From NCBI GenBank assembly GCA_000991245.1, contig LBRD01000006.1:103340-167339 (forward strand): a DNA stretch of 64,000 nucleotides, given 5' to 3'. Under the pieces are notes generated by a model. It searched no databases. It was not told the DNA's origin and was given only the letters and a program-made list of their open reading frames with translations. The position numbers and the translations under genes were made by a program. Each line of letters begins with the position of its first letter. Positions within the stretch are counted from its first letter, which is position 1. The DNA is from Parcubacteria group bacterium GW2011_GWC1_36_108. GTDB lineage: Bacteria > Patescibacteriota > Minisyncoccia > Moranbacterales > GWC2-37-73. Positions 50,276 to 61,082 of this stretch are shown here, one piece after another.

Positions 50276-51781
50276 TTATGTGGTCTGATATATTTCCTTA
50301 AACTCCTTAATCGCCTTTTCCAATCCCGCCACAACGTCTTCTGAAAGTTCTTTCTTTTCTGAAATTAGTGCGATCAATTCTTTAGCATTAGAATCCAAAT
50401 ATTTATGAAAATCTTTTTCCCAAGTTTTGATTTCTTCCACCGCCACATCATCCAAAAATCCATTCGTCAGTGCATACAAGATTGCAACTTGATGCTCAAC
50501 AACCATTGGTTCGTATTGTCCTTGCTTAAGAATTTCAACTGATCGTCTTCCACGTTCAATCTGAGCGCGAGTTTTTTCATCAAGATCAGAGCCGAATTGT
50601 GCAAACGCTTCAAGTTCACGAAACTGAGCAAGTTCAAGACGAATCTTTCCAGCCACTTTTTTCATAGCTTTGATTTGAGCGCTACCACCCACACGAGAAA
50701 CTGAAAGTCCCACATTTACGGCTGGACGAATTCCTTTATAGAATAAATCTGATTCCAAGAAAATTTGACCGTCAGTGATAGAAATAACATTAGTTGGAAT
50801 GTATGCACTAACATCTCCTGCTTGCGTTTCAATAATCGGAAGTGCGGTCATTGAACCACCACCGAAGTCTTCATTAAGTTTCGCACTTCTTTCCAAGAGT
50901 CGTGAATGCAAATAAAAAACATCTCCTGGATATGCTTCGCGTCCCGGTGGACGTTTCAAAATCAAAGAAATCTGACGATATGCCCAAGCGTGACGAGAAA
51001 GATCATCGAACACGATCAAAACATCCTCTCCTTTGTCCATAAAATATTCTCCAAGCGCGCAACCAGAATATGGAGAAATGTATGAAAGCGCTGAAGATTC
51101 AGATGCTCCTGCTACCACAATAGTTGTATATTCCATTGCTCCACGTTTTTCAAGTTCTCCCAAAATACGTGCAATCTTTGATTCTTTCTGACCAATCGCC
51201 ACATAAATACATTTCATGTTCTGACCTTTTTGATTGATAATGGTATCAATTGCAATCGCAGTCTTTCCAGTTTGACGATCACCAATAATAAGTTCGCGTT
51301 GTCCGCGTCCAATTGGAATCATCGCATCGATAGCTTTAATTCCAGTCTGTACCGGCTGATGAACTGATTTACGAGTAATAACGCCAGGTGCAATTTTTTC
51401 TACAGGATAAAATTTATCAGCTGCAATATCGCCTTTTCCATCTACTGGAATTCCAAGCGGATTAATAACACGTCCGATCATTGCATCAGACACTGGAATT
51501 GAAAGAACTTTGCCCGTGGCTTTAACCTCATCACCTTCTTTGATTCCAGTATAATTTCCGAGCACAATTACACCCACGCGATCTTCTTCAAGATTAAGCG
51601 CCACGCCGATTTCCCCATTTGGGAATTCAACCATTTCTGATGCCATAAGCTCTGAAAGTCCAGAAACACGAGCAACACCGTCACCCATTTCAATAACTTT
51701 CCCAACTTTTTCAGTCGAAGTTTCAGTTTTGAATCCTTCGATTTGCTTTTTTAATTGTTCGATAATGAAATCTTTGTTCAT
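50276..51781 (-). CDS. atpA: ATP synthase F1 alpha
   Basis: [29 protein letters not shown]. Confidence 0.99.
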   Translation of the reverse strand: MNKDFIIEQLKKQIEGFKTETSTEKVGKVIEMGDGVARVSGLSELMASEMVEFPNGEIGVALNLEEDRVGVIVLGNYTGIKEGDEVKATGKVLSIPVSDAMIGRVINPLGIPVDGKGDIAADKFYPVEKIAPGVITRKSVHQPVQTGIKAIDAMIPIGRGQRELIIGDRQTGKTAIAIDTIINQKGQNMKCIYVAIGQKESKIARILGELEKRGAMEYTTIVVAGASESSALSYISPYSGCALGEYFMDKGEDVLIVFDDLSRHAWAYRQISLILKRPPGREAYPGDVFYLHSRLLERSAKLNEDFGGGSMTALPIIETQAGDVSAYIPTNVISITDGQIFLESDLFYKGIRPAVNVGLSVSRVGGSAQIKAMKKVAGKIRLELAQFRELEAFAQFGSDLDEKTRAQIERGRRSVEILKQGQYEPMVVEHQVAILYALTNGFLDDVAVEEIKTWEKDFHKYLDSNAKELIALISEKKELSEDVVAGLEKAIKEFKEIYQTT

Positions 51782-51870
51782 AATATATAGTTATAAAGTT
51801 TATAAGGTTTTTAAAGTTTATAAAGTAAAATACATCCACACTTTACGAACTTTATGAACTTTACGAACTT

Positions 51871-52272
51871 TTAACTTATTAATTTATTTTTCAAATTAGT
51901 TAATTGTTTTTTCACACTACCATCTATAATATCATCATTAATCTTGATTATAATTCCTCCTTGAATCTTTTCATCAATAACATTCTTGATCTCCACAACT
52001 TTAGCTGAATATTTTTCTTTCACAAATTTTTCAATTTTCTCTTTCATTTCGTGTTCAATTTTTTCCTTTGTCACAACTTCGGCCACAATTATTCCATTTG
52101 CAGCATTATATAATTCGCCAAATTTTTCCATTATTTTTCCAGCATTTTTCAATTGTCCGTCAGCCTTCAATTGCTGCGCAAATTTTTTCACAATAACTAA
52201 AAGCTCCTGCTCGGATTTTCCGTCGGTCATTTCAAAAAGTGTTTGGGAATATTGCTTAATGGATACTTTCAT
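51871..52272 (-). CDS. atpH: ATP synthase F1 delta (short)
   Basis: Between atpF and atpA; IDEKIQGGIIIKI.D.IIDGSV. Confidence 0.9.
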   Translation of the reverse strand: MKVSIKQYSQTLFEMTDGKSEQELLVIVKKFAQQLKADGQLKNAGKIMEKFGELYNAANGIIVAEVVTKEKIEHEMKEKIEKFVKEKYSAKVVEIKNVIDEKIQGGIIIKINDDIIDGSVKKQLTNLKNKLIS

Positions 52273-52391
52273 TTTTGTGAATATCAAATTTCAAATTAAA
52301 AATTCCAAATCAATTATTAAATTTCTTAATTACAAATTTCAAACATTTGGCATTTGAAATTCATTTGATATTTGTAATTTGTTATTTTTAA

Positions 52392-52880
52392 TTATCTGAT
52401 TGCTTTTGCAATTAAATCAGTGTCTTTCTCACTTGTCATTTTTTCATCAATAAGTTTTCTGGTTGCTGCCACCACCAATTCAGCGATTTGCCCTTTCACT
52501 TCTTGCATCATTTGATTTTTTTCTAATTCAATCTTTTTTGCACTGTCAGCAAGAATTTTTTCAGCTTGCGCTTTTGCCTCAACCACAATTTCTTCCTTGT
52601 TTTTTACAGCCACAGCCTCGGCTTTAGCCACAATTTCTTGCGCAGTTTTTCGAGCCTCAACCAAAACTTCCTTTTCCTTCTGCGTAATTTCAGCGAGCCT
52701 TTTCTGCGATTCTTCTGCGTCTGCAATTCCTTTTTCAATTTTTTCACTGCGCTCATTCATCAATTTCATCATTGGACCATAAGCATAACGCTTAAGCACA
52801 AATAAAACGATGGCAAAGTTTACCAACTGCGCAATGATTAATTTAATGTCGATGTGAAATGTTGAGATTAGTTCTTGCAT
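52392..52880 (-). CDS. atpF: ATP synthase F0 subunit b
   Basis: AQLVNFAIVLFVL TM + coiled coil. Confidence 0.95.
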   Translation of the reverse strand: MQELISTFHIDIKLIIAQLVNFAIVLFVLKRYAYGPMMKLMNERSEKIEKGIADAEESQKRLAEITQKEKEVLVEARKTAQEIVAKAEAVAVKNKEEIVVEAKAQAEKILADSAKKIELEKNQMMQEVKGQIAELVVAATRKLIDEKMTSEKDTDLIAKAIR

Positions 52881-53058
52881 AAAATTTTGTAATTTTGTAA
52901 TTTTGTAATTTTTAAATAATGTCCTAATTTCTAATTTTTAAAAATTATAATTTAAGATTTATTTATAAAATTTAAAAATTAAAAATTTGAAATTGCTATT
53001 TTATAATATTCTCATCTCGACTTCCTATTTCTAAGAAGCCGAATGAAAACACTAATAA

Positions 53059-53373
<315 letters not shown>

Positions 53374-53450
53374 TTAATTTCTTAAATTCTGAATTGCATT
53401 TTTGAATTTGTATTTTGCATTCTGCATTTCCTACAACCTAATTCCTGCTC

Positions 53451-54305
53451 CTAATGCTCTTCTGCTGTCGTTGCTATACTCATAAACGCCAAAGTCAAAA
53501 TTGCAAACACTAGAGCCTGCACTATTCCAACTATCAATTCCAAAAACATAAACGGGATTGGCAGCAGGAATGCAGAAATGGCCATCATTGAAGCTAGCAA
53601 AACTTCTCCTGCAAAAATATTTCCAAAAAGTCGAAGACTAAGCGATGCAATCTTGGCGATTTCCCCTACCACCTCAATCAAACCTACGAAAGCTTTGATT
53701 GGATTTACCATTATCAAAATCGGTTCTTTGCGTCCCTTTTTGAAAATTTGCAAAAATGCTTTGATGTTAAAAAATTTATTGAAATGATTCCAAGCTCCAA
53801 CCCAAACAACACCCAGAATGTGCGAAAGAATCACTGCAAAAAGTGAAATTGCTAAGGTTGTGTTAAGGTCAGCTGTAGCGCCGCGTAAAAATGGAATGAA
53901 AACTTTTCCGTGTGCGCCTGTCTCCACAAATCCAATCGTACCAACTCCCGGAAGAAGTCCTAACCAATTGTTTACCAAAATAAACAAGAATAGTGACAAT
54001 ACTACTGGCAAAAATTTTCCTGTTTTTTTGCGAGAACCAGTGACACTATCAGCCAAATTCAAGGCTTGTTCTAAAAGAATTTCAAAAATATTTTGCACAC
54101 CAGACATTTTCTTTGTTTTTTTGCTAGCCTTTTTACCAACAAGCACAAAAAAAGTCACCAAAATGGCAACTGTGATCCAACTCATAACAAGCGAATTTGT
54201 GATTGTAAAATTTCCCACATGCAAAATCGGCTCAGCGAACAAGGTTGATTCTGTTTGAATCTCCTGAGAAGGTTGTGTATTATTTTGTGTTGATAACTCC
54301 GACAT
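53451..54305 (-). CDS. atpB: ATP synthase F0 subunit a
   Basis: NWLGLLP, TADLN, SLSLRLFGNIFAGE, VQALVF. Confidence 0.97.
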   Translation of the reverse strand: MSELSTQNNTQPSQEIQTESTLFAEPILHVGNFTITNSLVMSWITVAILVTFFVLVGKKASKKTKKMSGVQNIFEILLEQALNLADSVTGSRKKTGKFLPVVLSLFLFILVNNWLGLLPGVGTIGFVETGAHGKVFIPFLRGATADLNTTLAISLFAVILSHILGVVWVGAWNHFNKFFNIKAFLQIFKKGRKEPILIMVNPIKAFVGLIEVVGEIAKIASLSLRLFGNIFAGEVLLASMMAISAFLLPIPFMFLELIVGIVQALVFAILTLAFMSIATTAEEH

Positions 54306-54409
54306 CAATTTCTGAACCACTGATTAGCACTTGATTATCCTGATTGCACATGATTTTTTTATCAGTGAAATCATGTGCGTTCATGTGATAATCAGTGGTT
54401 CTGATTATT

Positions 54410-54643
54410 TTATTTCTTGCTCATTTCTTTTAAACCAATCCTAACCAGCATTACTATCGAGATTATAAATGAAATTGAAACACTTGCCAACATTAGCCAT
54501 GGCTGCGAATGAAAAACTCGATCAAGATATTTTCCAATGATAACGGCAATTACTACCGGAATAGCAATCCAAGCGCTTAGCCTTGTGAAAAGCACAAGCC
54601 CAGGTTGCCACCATGGAATTTTTGGATTTTTCTGCTCTTCCAT
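54410..54643 (-). CDS. AtpZ/AtpI-family protein
   Basis: Two TM, GKYLD...PW motif, first gene of atp operon. Confidence 0.85.
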   Translation of the reverse strand: MEEQKNPKIPWWQPGLVLFTRLSAWIAIPVVIAVIIGKYLDRVFHSQPWLMLASVSISFIISIVMLVRIGLKEMSKK

Positions 54644-54796
54644 TTATGTTAGCTTTTTAAACACCACGCTATCCATTATCTCGCTAAATTTGCTTTACGT
54701 CAAGCAAAATCGACCAAACATTGACATAATAAACATATTATGCCACAATAATGTACTGACAACGTCAGATATTCTTTAACAAAAGGAGCAGGCCAA

Positions 54797-55018
54797 ATGA
54801 GAACATACGCCAAAAAGGGCTTCCGGATACTGACCTTTATTGTCTCATCATGGATTTTCATTTCACTTATAATTGCTGCAACGATAAGATATGCCAACAC
54901 AAGAATTACCGGAATAACAATGACGTTGTTTGCTGCTTTTATGCTCGTACAATGCACATTTATAGTTTTTTTATTCACAATTTGGCTACAAAATAAATTA
55001 AAGGGAAGGAGGATCTGA
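54797..55018 (+). CDS. Small hypothetical membrane protein
   Basis: TTGACA-17-CACAAT at 54721, SD AAGGAG, two TM. Confidence 0.6.
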   Translation: MRTYAKKGFRILTFIVSSWIFISLIIAATIRYANTRITGITMTLFAAFMLVQCTFIVFLFTIWLQNKLKGRRI

Positions 55019-55097
55019 TGGAAACAATGTGAAATAAAAAATTAAAATGTTCCGTATCGATAGCTCTTTATTCTTTAATTTCAAAAGGAGGCACAAA

Positions 55098-55304
55098 ATG
55101 AATTCGGTTGCAATCATAGACGCTATAAGCCCAAAACTCTTAAACGACCACTACCACGATTGGCAAAAAGAAAACCCAGATGAAATAATAACTAGCACAA
55201 AATGTACTTCTGTTCTTATTGGCACTGGCTCTTATCCTGGAATTTCTCAACATTTCATTTTTATTTTCTACAAGAAAAAGACTCTGCCAACAAAAATCGG
55301 CTAA
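55098..55304 (+). CDS. Small hypothetical protein
   Basis: SD AAAAGGAGG; terminator-like hairpin at ~55331-55369. Confidence 0.6.
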   Translation: MNSVAIIDAISPKLLNDHYHDWQKENPDEIITSTKCTSVLIGTGSYPGISQHFIFIFYKKKTLPTKIG

Positions 55305-55377
55305 ATTTTCTAAAAATAAAGCAACTCAACAAAAACCGCTGCGCAGAAACATCGCGCAGCGTTTTTTTTCTTTTTTG

Positions 55378-55786
55378 TGTCATCCTGAACGAAGTGAAGG
55401 ATCCCTGGCGCTATATCACAAAACTTTCTACTACAAATATCCCTCGAGCAGATCTTTAAATTCAACATTATTCCTTTTAATAAGATCAATTTTCTTTTGT
55501 CGCGTCCAACCCTTTATCCTTTTTTCAGCTACGATCGTATCCATAGCTGTGGAAAAATTTTCATAGAAAACCAATTTATCCACATTGTATTTTTTTGTAA
55601 ATCCTTCAACTTCCTTATTTTTGTGCTGAAAAATTCTACCTACAAGATTACTCGTCATACCAGTATAAAAAACTGTATTGTTTTTATTTGTGACAATATA
55701 TACACAGAATACTTTTTCCATATTAATGTGAATAATATTATTTTGTGCTTTTAAGTAAGGGATTCTTCGCTATGCTCAGAATGACA
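55378..55786. mobile_element. GIY-YIG gene bracketed by inverted family C palindromes
   Basis: TGTCATCCTGAACGAAGTGAAGGATCCC (55378-55405) and GGGATTCTTCGCTATGCTCAGAATGACA (55758-55785). Confidence 0.65.
55431..55721 (-). CDS. GIY-YIG nuclease (small, UPF0213-like)
   Basis: VYIVTN...FYTGMTSNL..RI.QHK...FTKKY...LVFYE...EKRIKGW.R.KK. Confidence 0.92.
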   Translation of the reverse strand: MEKVFCVYIVTNKNNTVFYTGMTSNLVGRIFQHKNKEVEGFTKKYNVDKLVFYENFSTAMDTIVAEKRIKGWTRQKKIDLIKRNNVEFKDLLEGYL

Positions 55787-56618
55787 GATAGAGAACTTTT
55801 TTTGCATTTTGTGATGTTGCTTGCGCAACATCTTCAAGCATCACACCTTTCACGTCGGCGATTTTTTGGGCCACCTCTTTGACAAAAAGTGGTTCGTTGC
55901 GGATTCCTTTTTCTAAGGGTCGCGGAGTCAAATAAGGGCAATCAGTTTCAATGACAATATTTTTTAAATCAATTTCTTTGATTAAGCGGTCATAACTTTC
56001 GCCATAGGTAATAATTCCATTTAGTCCAATTTTATACCCAAGTTCAATAAATTTGTTGGCAGTTTTATATGACCCAATAAAGCTGTGCACTATTCCCCTT
56101 TTCTCCACTGGATGGGTTTGCAAAATATCCAAAAGGTCATCATAACCATCCCAACAATGCAGCATTACTGGTTTTTGCACTTCGTTAGCTAATTTTATAA
56201 ATTCAATCAAAGTTTCTTTTTGCAGATTTTTCAAAAATTCCACATCATCATCTTCAGTAAAATGATGATAATCTAAACCAATTTCACCAATCGCTACAAC
56301 TTTTTCATCCTTGGCTAATTCTAAATATTTTTGATAATCAAGTTGTTCGCCTGTTGTTGGAATTTCCTCTTCGGTAAGTTCCTCGGGATCGTGATGAGTA
56401 AAACTCCCCTTTTTTAAATGCACAGGATGGATGCCGACCGCAGCATATATACCAGATTCAAATTTGTGCGCGTATTCAACTGCGCGTTTGCTGGTTGAAT
56501 ATTGCGAACCAACATTAACCACATTCATACCATCTTTAAGACAACGACGGAGTACATCTTCCCCGTCGTCTTTATATGCATTGAAATTTGTATGAGCATG
56601 GGTATCGAAAAGATTCAT
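55776..56618 (-). CDS. tatD: TatD-family nuclease
   Basis: DTHAH, GIHP, IGEIGLDY, ETDCPYL, RNEP. Confidence 0.95.
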   Translation of the reverse strand: MNLFDTHAHTNFNAYKDDGEDVLRRCLKDGMNVVNVGSQYSTSKRAVEYAHKFESGIYAAVGIHPVHLKKGSFTHHDPEELTEEEIPTTGEQLDYQKYLELAKDEKVVAIGEIGLDYHHFTEDDDVEFLKNLQKETLIEFIKLANEVQKPVMLHCWDGYDDLLDILQTHPVEKRGIVHSFIGSYKTANKFIELGYKIGLNGIITYGESYDRLIKEIDLKNIVIETDCPYLTPRPLEKGIRNEPLFVKEVAQKIADVKGVMLEDVAQATSQNAKKVLYLSF

Positions 56619-56623
56619 AAAAA

Positions 56624-57214
56624 CTATATTTCTTTAAGCTTGTTTCTTATTTCTTCCAATTTTGCAGCCGTATCCTCCTGGATTTCAGATAATGCATTAA
56701 TGCTGCCTATTTTAACCACGGGACTAAATGTGCCATCCTCTTGAGCCATATGATACCTTAAAACATATTTTTCCATCAGCTCATCGTATTTTATGGGATT
56801 TTTGTCTATTTTTATACGTTCTATTTCATCAGCTCTGTTTTTAGCAACCATAACGGAACCCTCATAAACCTTTTCATTCTTTTCACCTGAATCTTTTTTT
56901 GGAATTTCTTTACCAAGATGATAATGTTTCACTAATGAATCAATAATTTCTGCTTGTTTTTCTTCTTCACCTGACAATTTTTCTAATAGTTTTTGCACAC
57001 CCTCCTCTCCTAAACTTTCAATTCCCAAAAGAGTCACGTTGTTTTTTATACGCAAAAAATTATCCCCTTCAAGGATTTTTTCTATTCCCACACACTCCTT
57101 TGTTGGATGATTTCCGCGACACAGACCGCAAGAAATTCTTTCTACTTTTTTAATATTCAATCCCTCTTCCCCTTTTTCACCTGCCAAGCCTAGCATCTCA
57201 TGAGAATACACCAT
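56624..57214 (-). CDS. Hypothetical protein with CxxCxxxHxxxxC zinc-knuckle-like motif
   Basis: 196-aa ORF, CGLCRGNHPTKEC. Confidence 0.65.
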   Translation of the reverse strand: MVYSHEMLGLAGEKGEEGLNIKKVERISCGLCRGNHPTKECVGIEKILEGDNFLRIKNNVTLLGIESLGEEGVQKLLEKLSGEEEKQAEIIDSLVKHYHLGKEIPKKDSGEKNEKVYEGSVMVAKNRADEIERIKIDKNPIKYDELMEKYVLRYHMAQEDGTFSPVVKIGSINALSEIQEDTAAKLEEIRNKLKEI

Positions 57215-57247
57215 AATTTTATTGTTACAATTAAAAAAACAAACAGA

Positions 57248-57634
57248 TCATTTTATATCGTTCAAATTGCCGTTAAGCACGATTGGACTCATAGCCATAA
57301 TTTCATCCTTATAAGTCACTTCTGGAATACCTTGGAGTAAATATATTTTTTTGCCGAGAGCGTGAGCAAAGCCCATTTCAAGAAAAGAGCTTCCACTTAT
57401 ATAGTCTTCCTTACCATCTTTCAATGATTTATTAAGAACCAGCAAAGCATCAGAAGTTTTAAGCTTTTCAAAGAAAGATGCTCTATTTTCCTCTTTCTTT
57501 GCTTCATCCTTTTCTGACAATTGATCCAAAAACTCAAAAGTTGGGACAACTTCATAACCCTTGTTCTCCAATTCTTCTTGAACTTCCATGATGTCTGGCA
57601 ACATATAGACATTGCCGCTGATTGCAATTTTCAT
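57248..57634 (-). CDS. Nucleoside 2-deoxyribosyltransferase-like protein
   Basis: SDALLVLN...YI.G...LEMGFAHALGKKIYLL; upstream ORF extension is repeat-derived. Confidence 0.65.
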   Translation of the reverse strand: MKIAISGNVYMLPDIMEVQEELENKGYEVVPTFEFLDQLSEKDEAKKEENRASFFEKLKTSDALLVLNKSLKDGKEDYISGSSFLEMGFAHALGKKIYLLQGIPEVTYKDEIMAMSPIVLNGNLNDIK

Positions 57635-57781
57635 AAGATTCATGAAACATATAACATATAGCATACAACATAGAAAAGCCGCTACATCATACCTGCATAT
57701 TACAATTTCATTTAAAATTATTCCTAAAAATAGTACTGCAATTAGATACAAATTGACAACAAATTTATTCCTCAACGGTGT

Positions 57782-59191
57782 TTACTTGATGCGCTGAAAG
57801 AGTGGCTGCGCAACCTTGGTTTCAAGAGCGGTTTTTATTTTGGAAGAAGTCTCTGGCATAAAAGGAGTTAGCAACTCAGCAATTTTATTTAAATCTGAAA
57901 GCAATTTTTTCATAACTTCAGCAAATTTTTGCTCATCACTTTTAGCTAATTCCCAAGGCTTATTATCTTCAATATACTTATTAGAATCTTTCACTAAATT
58001 GTTTATATATTCAAGCGCAGCATCAAATTTAAATTCGTTTAAAAATTCAGAAATTTTATCACTAAATCCAATAGCTGGCGGAGGAACTTGGAAATTCTGA
58101 GCAAGCTTAATAACTCGCGAAGTTAAGTTTCCCAATCCGTTAGCCAAATCAGCATTATATTTTTCAGTCATTCTTTCCATTGTTAAATCCAAATCATCTC
58201 CAAATGTTCCGCCGCTCATCAGAAGATAGCGCGTGCCATCAACTCCAAATTTTTCAATCATTTCATCAATACCGATAACATTGCCAAGTGTTTTGCTCAT
58301 CTTTTTTCCACCAGAAAGAATATGACCATGAATAAAAAGGCTTTTTGGCAATTCAATTTCAAGATTAAGCAAAATTGCAGCCCAAATTGTTGCATGGACG
58401 CGCAAAATATCCTTGCCCAGCATTTGAATTTCAGCCGGCCACATTGAGGGAATATTTTTACTTTTGCCATCCCATCCAATTCCAGTAAGATAATTCAGCA
58501 AGGCATCAAGCCAAACATATGTCGTGTGCTGCGTGTCAAAGGGAATTTCAATTCCCCATTTCAAATTCTTGCGAGAAATAGAAACGTCTTCCAATTTTTG
58601 AGTTTCCAAAAAAGAAAGTATCTCCTTCTTATATCTCTCCGGTTGAATCTTAAATTCATCTGATTTTATTTTTTCGATCAAAGTTTCCTGCCATTTTCCC
58701 ATTTTCATCAAATAACATTCTTCTTCCATTTCCTCTGGAGCAATATTGTGATCTGGACATTTTCCATCTACCAATTCATTTTCACTTTTAAATTGTTCGC
58801 AACCAACACAATAAAGACCCTTGTATGAACCTTTGTAAATTGAGCCATTGTCGTGCAAGGTTTGTAAAACTTTTTGCACCGCTAATTTATGAGTTGGAGA
58901 AGTGGTACGAATAAAACCATTATTACTAATATTTAATTGCTTCCACAGATCCTGAAAAATCTCAGCAAATCCATCCACAAATTTTTGTGGCTCAACACCT
59001 TCTTCCTCAGCTTTCTTTTGAATTTTTGCTCCGTGCTCATCAGTCCCAGTCAAAAAGAAAACCTTATCATCTCCAAGCTGTTGACGATTAAAACGCGCCA
59101 AAACATCGCATGCAATTGTTGTGTATGCGTGTCCAATGTGAGGTTTGGCGTTTGTATAATATATAGGTGTTGTTATGTAAAACTTAGACAT
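57782..59191 (-). CDS. metG: Methionine--tRNA ligase
   Basis: TTPIYY, HIGH, GTDEHG, KMSKT. Confidence 0.98.
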   Translation of the reverse strand: MSKFYITTPIYYTNAKPHIGHAYTTIACDVLARFNRQQLGDDKVFFLTGTDEHGAKIQKKAEEEGVEPQKFVDGFAEIFQDLWKQLNISNNGFIRTTSPTHKLAVQKVLQTLHDNGSIYKGSYKGLYCVGCEQFKSENELVDGKCPDHNIAPEEMEEECYLMKMGKWQETLIEKIKSDEFKIQPERYKKEILSFLETQKLEDVSISRKNLKWGIEIPFDTQHTTYVWLDALLNYLTGIGWDGKSKNIPSMWPAEIQMLGKDILRVHATIWAAILLNLEIELPKSLFIHGHILSGGKKMSKTLGNVIGIDEMIEKFGVDGTRYLLMSGGTFGDDLDLTMERMTEKYNADLANGLGNLTSRVIKLAQNFQVPPPAIGFSDKISEFLNEFKFDAALEYINNLVKDSNKYIEDNKPWELAKSDEQKFAEVMKKLLSDLNKIAELLTPFMPETSSKIKTALETKVAQPLFQRIK

Positions 59192-59585
59192 ATTTTTCTG
59201 AATATTTTTTAATTTCTTCGTGCAGTGATGGGACTGATTCGAAATTCATAAATTCGCCGGGCTCAATCCATTTGTGCTCACTATGTTCTTCACTTAGCAC
59301 CACTTCTCCACTTATCCAATCACACAAAAATGTTATTCCGATTTTTATTTCCCCATTACCATTCTTGAAATAAAAAACATTAAAAGGTTCTTTAATATCA
59401 ACCATAATTTCTGCTTCTTCCATAATTTCTCTTTTAAGTGCTTCCTGCGGCGATTCGTTTTCATCCATACCTCCGCCAACAGTTTCCCATGTCCCACCCC
59501 TAAAACCATCCCTCACAGCGCGCTTAACCACTAGAATTTTTCCATCCTTTCGTATGATACCCTTAACTGCAACTCCAAATTTCAT
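59184..59585 (-). CDS. NUDIX hydrolase
   Basis: GGGMDENESPQEALKREIMEE. Confidence 0.93.
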   Translation of the reverse strand: MKFGVAVKGIIRKDGKILVVKRAVRDGFRGGTWETVGGGMDENESPQEALKREIMEEAEIMVDIKEPFNVFYFKNGNGEIKIGITFLCDWISGEVVLSEEHSEHKWIEPGEFMNFESVPSLHEEIKKYSEKYV

Positions 59586-59613
59586 GCTTTCACTTATTTA
59601 CAAATTTAAACCT

Positions 59614-59639
59614 GGATTCCCGCCTCCGCGGGAATGACA
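59614..59639. repeat. Solo family C palindrome (dRS3-like)
   Basis: GGATTCCCGCCTCCGCGGGAATGACA. Confidence 0.65.
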
Positions 59640-59644
59640 ATTTT

Positions 59645-60991
59645 TTATTCAAATAGCAATTTGTAATTCTTTGACCAATACACAATTCCATTATAATAAG
59701 GAGCGTGATATGTTCCCAGGTAATTTATGGAAGCTTTTTTAATTGCAGCTGGACTGCTCGAAGTTGCTCCTGCACTTTTTAACTTTATTGCCATCGCCAT
59801 CACACCATCAGTAAGGTCCCATGGATCAGGATTTCTGTGTCCAGTTGCAGATGATATTCTCGCAGAATATCCTTGCCAGACATCTGACATAAATTGAGGA
59901 ATACCCATTGCGCCACCCTGACCAATATAGCCAGAAGGAGAACAAGAAACCTTTTTATCCTTGCTATATCCAAGGTTTTTTACCAATTCATCAAAGATAT
60001 CATGACGTTTATATAAAAGAGCTATCGATGCCTTGTACTTTGATCCATATTTTTTATAATTAGCCAATGAAACCCTTTCTACCTGATCATAGGTACATTT
60101 CCCCGTGTTGGCACCAAGATTTGTTTCCATTTTCAAGAATCCATACAAAACTCCTTCCGGAACACCAGTTTTTCCACTGGCAAATTCAACAGCATCTCTA
60201 ATGTTTTTGGCACTATACGATTTTCCGGAAAGTGCATTCAAATCTCCTTGCAATTCAACAAGTTGTTTTTGAAGTTTTGCAATGGTAGCGTTTTTGTCTT
60301 CAATATCTCCCTGCACATCAATCTGGTCAGCGACAAGTTCTTGCTTTTGATCAACTTTTTCGTCCAAAATCTCTTCATGCTTTTCCTTGGCTTCAGCCAG
60401 TTTAATTTTTTCTTGCTCAACTTGCTCTTTCGTTTGAGAAATTTGACCTGAAAGATCTCTTAGCTTGTCTTCAATTGTAAGCAAATGATCCGTGTCAGAA
60501 AAAACATCCGCAAAATTTTTACTAGTCAAAACAACATTCAAAACAGGTTGACCTTGATTATAGTACATCTGTTGAAGAAGACCTTTCAGCATTGTTTTTT
60601 GCAGTTGGATTTTGTCATTCAAATTATTAACCTCAGCCTCTTTGCGTGAAATATTGGTAGTTGTTTCATTTATAACAGCCTTTGTGTTGTTTATAACTTT
60701 CTGAGTTGAAGCAACAGCACCCTGAATTTGACCAAGATCTTTTTGCAATGCCGCCTTTGCTTTTTCTGCTTTTTTTATTGCACTTTCAATATCTTCCTTT
60801 TCATCATTAGCATCATCAATAGCCTTCTGTCTTGCAGCTTCATCCGCAGCAACTTTGTCAGCAGCCTCTTGTTCAGAAGTAGTATCCGCATTAACAGAGC
60901 CACCAAAAAAAACAACTTGTTGCCACACAAAAACAGGAACAATTACTGCCCAAGCCACGATTAAAACTATTTTTTTTGTATTTTTTTGCAT
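59645..60991 (-). CDS. Coiled-coil + lytic transglycosylase-like (SLT/MltB-like) peptidoglycan hydrolase
   Basis: N-terminal TM, long coiled coil, METNLG, GGAMGIPQFM, DPW...D. Confidence 0.8.
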   Translation of the reverse strand: MQKNTKKIVLIVAWAVIVPVFVWQQVVFFGGSVNADTTSEQEAADKVAADEAARQKAIDDANDEKEDIESAIKKAEKAKAALQKDLGQIQGAVASTQKVINNTKAVINETTTNISRKEAEVNNLNDKIQLQKTMLKGLLQQMYYNQGQPVLNVVLTSKNFADVFSDTDHLLTIEDKLRDLSGQISQTKEQVEQEKIKLAEAKEKHEEILDEKVDQKQELVADQIDVQGDIEDKNATIAKLQKQLVELQGDLNALSGKSYSAKNIRDAVEFASGKTGVPEGVLYGFLKMETNLGANTGKCTYDQVERVSLANYKKYGSKYKASIALLYKRHDIFDELVKNLGYSKDKKVSCSPSGYIGQGGAMGIPQFMSDVWQGYSARISSATGHRNPDPWDLTDGVMAMAIKLKSAGATSSSPAAIKKASINYLGTYHAPYYNGIVYWSKNYKLLFE

Positions 60992-61082
60992 ATATTCATT
61001 TTAACACTAAAACAGCAATAAGCAAGGACAAAAAACAGACTTGTCGCCTGCTTTTTAATTTTTATAAAAAGTAAATGAAATT

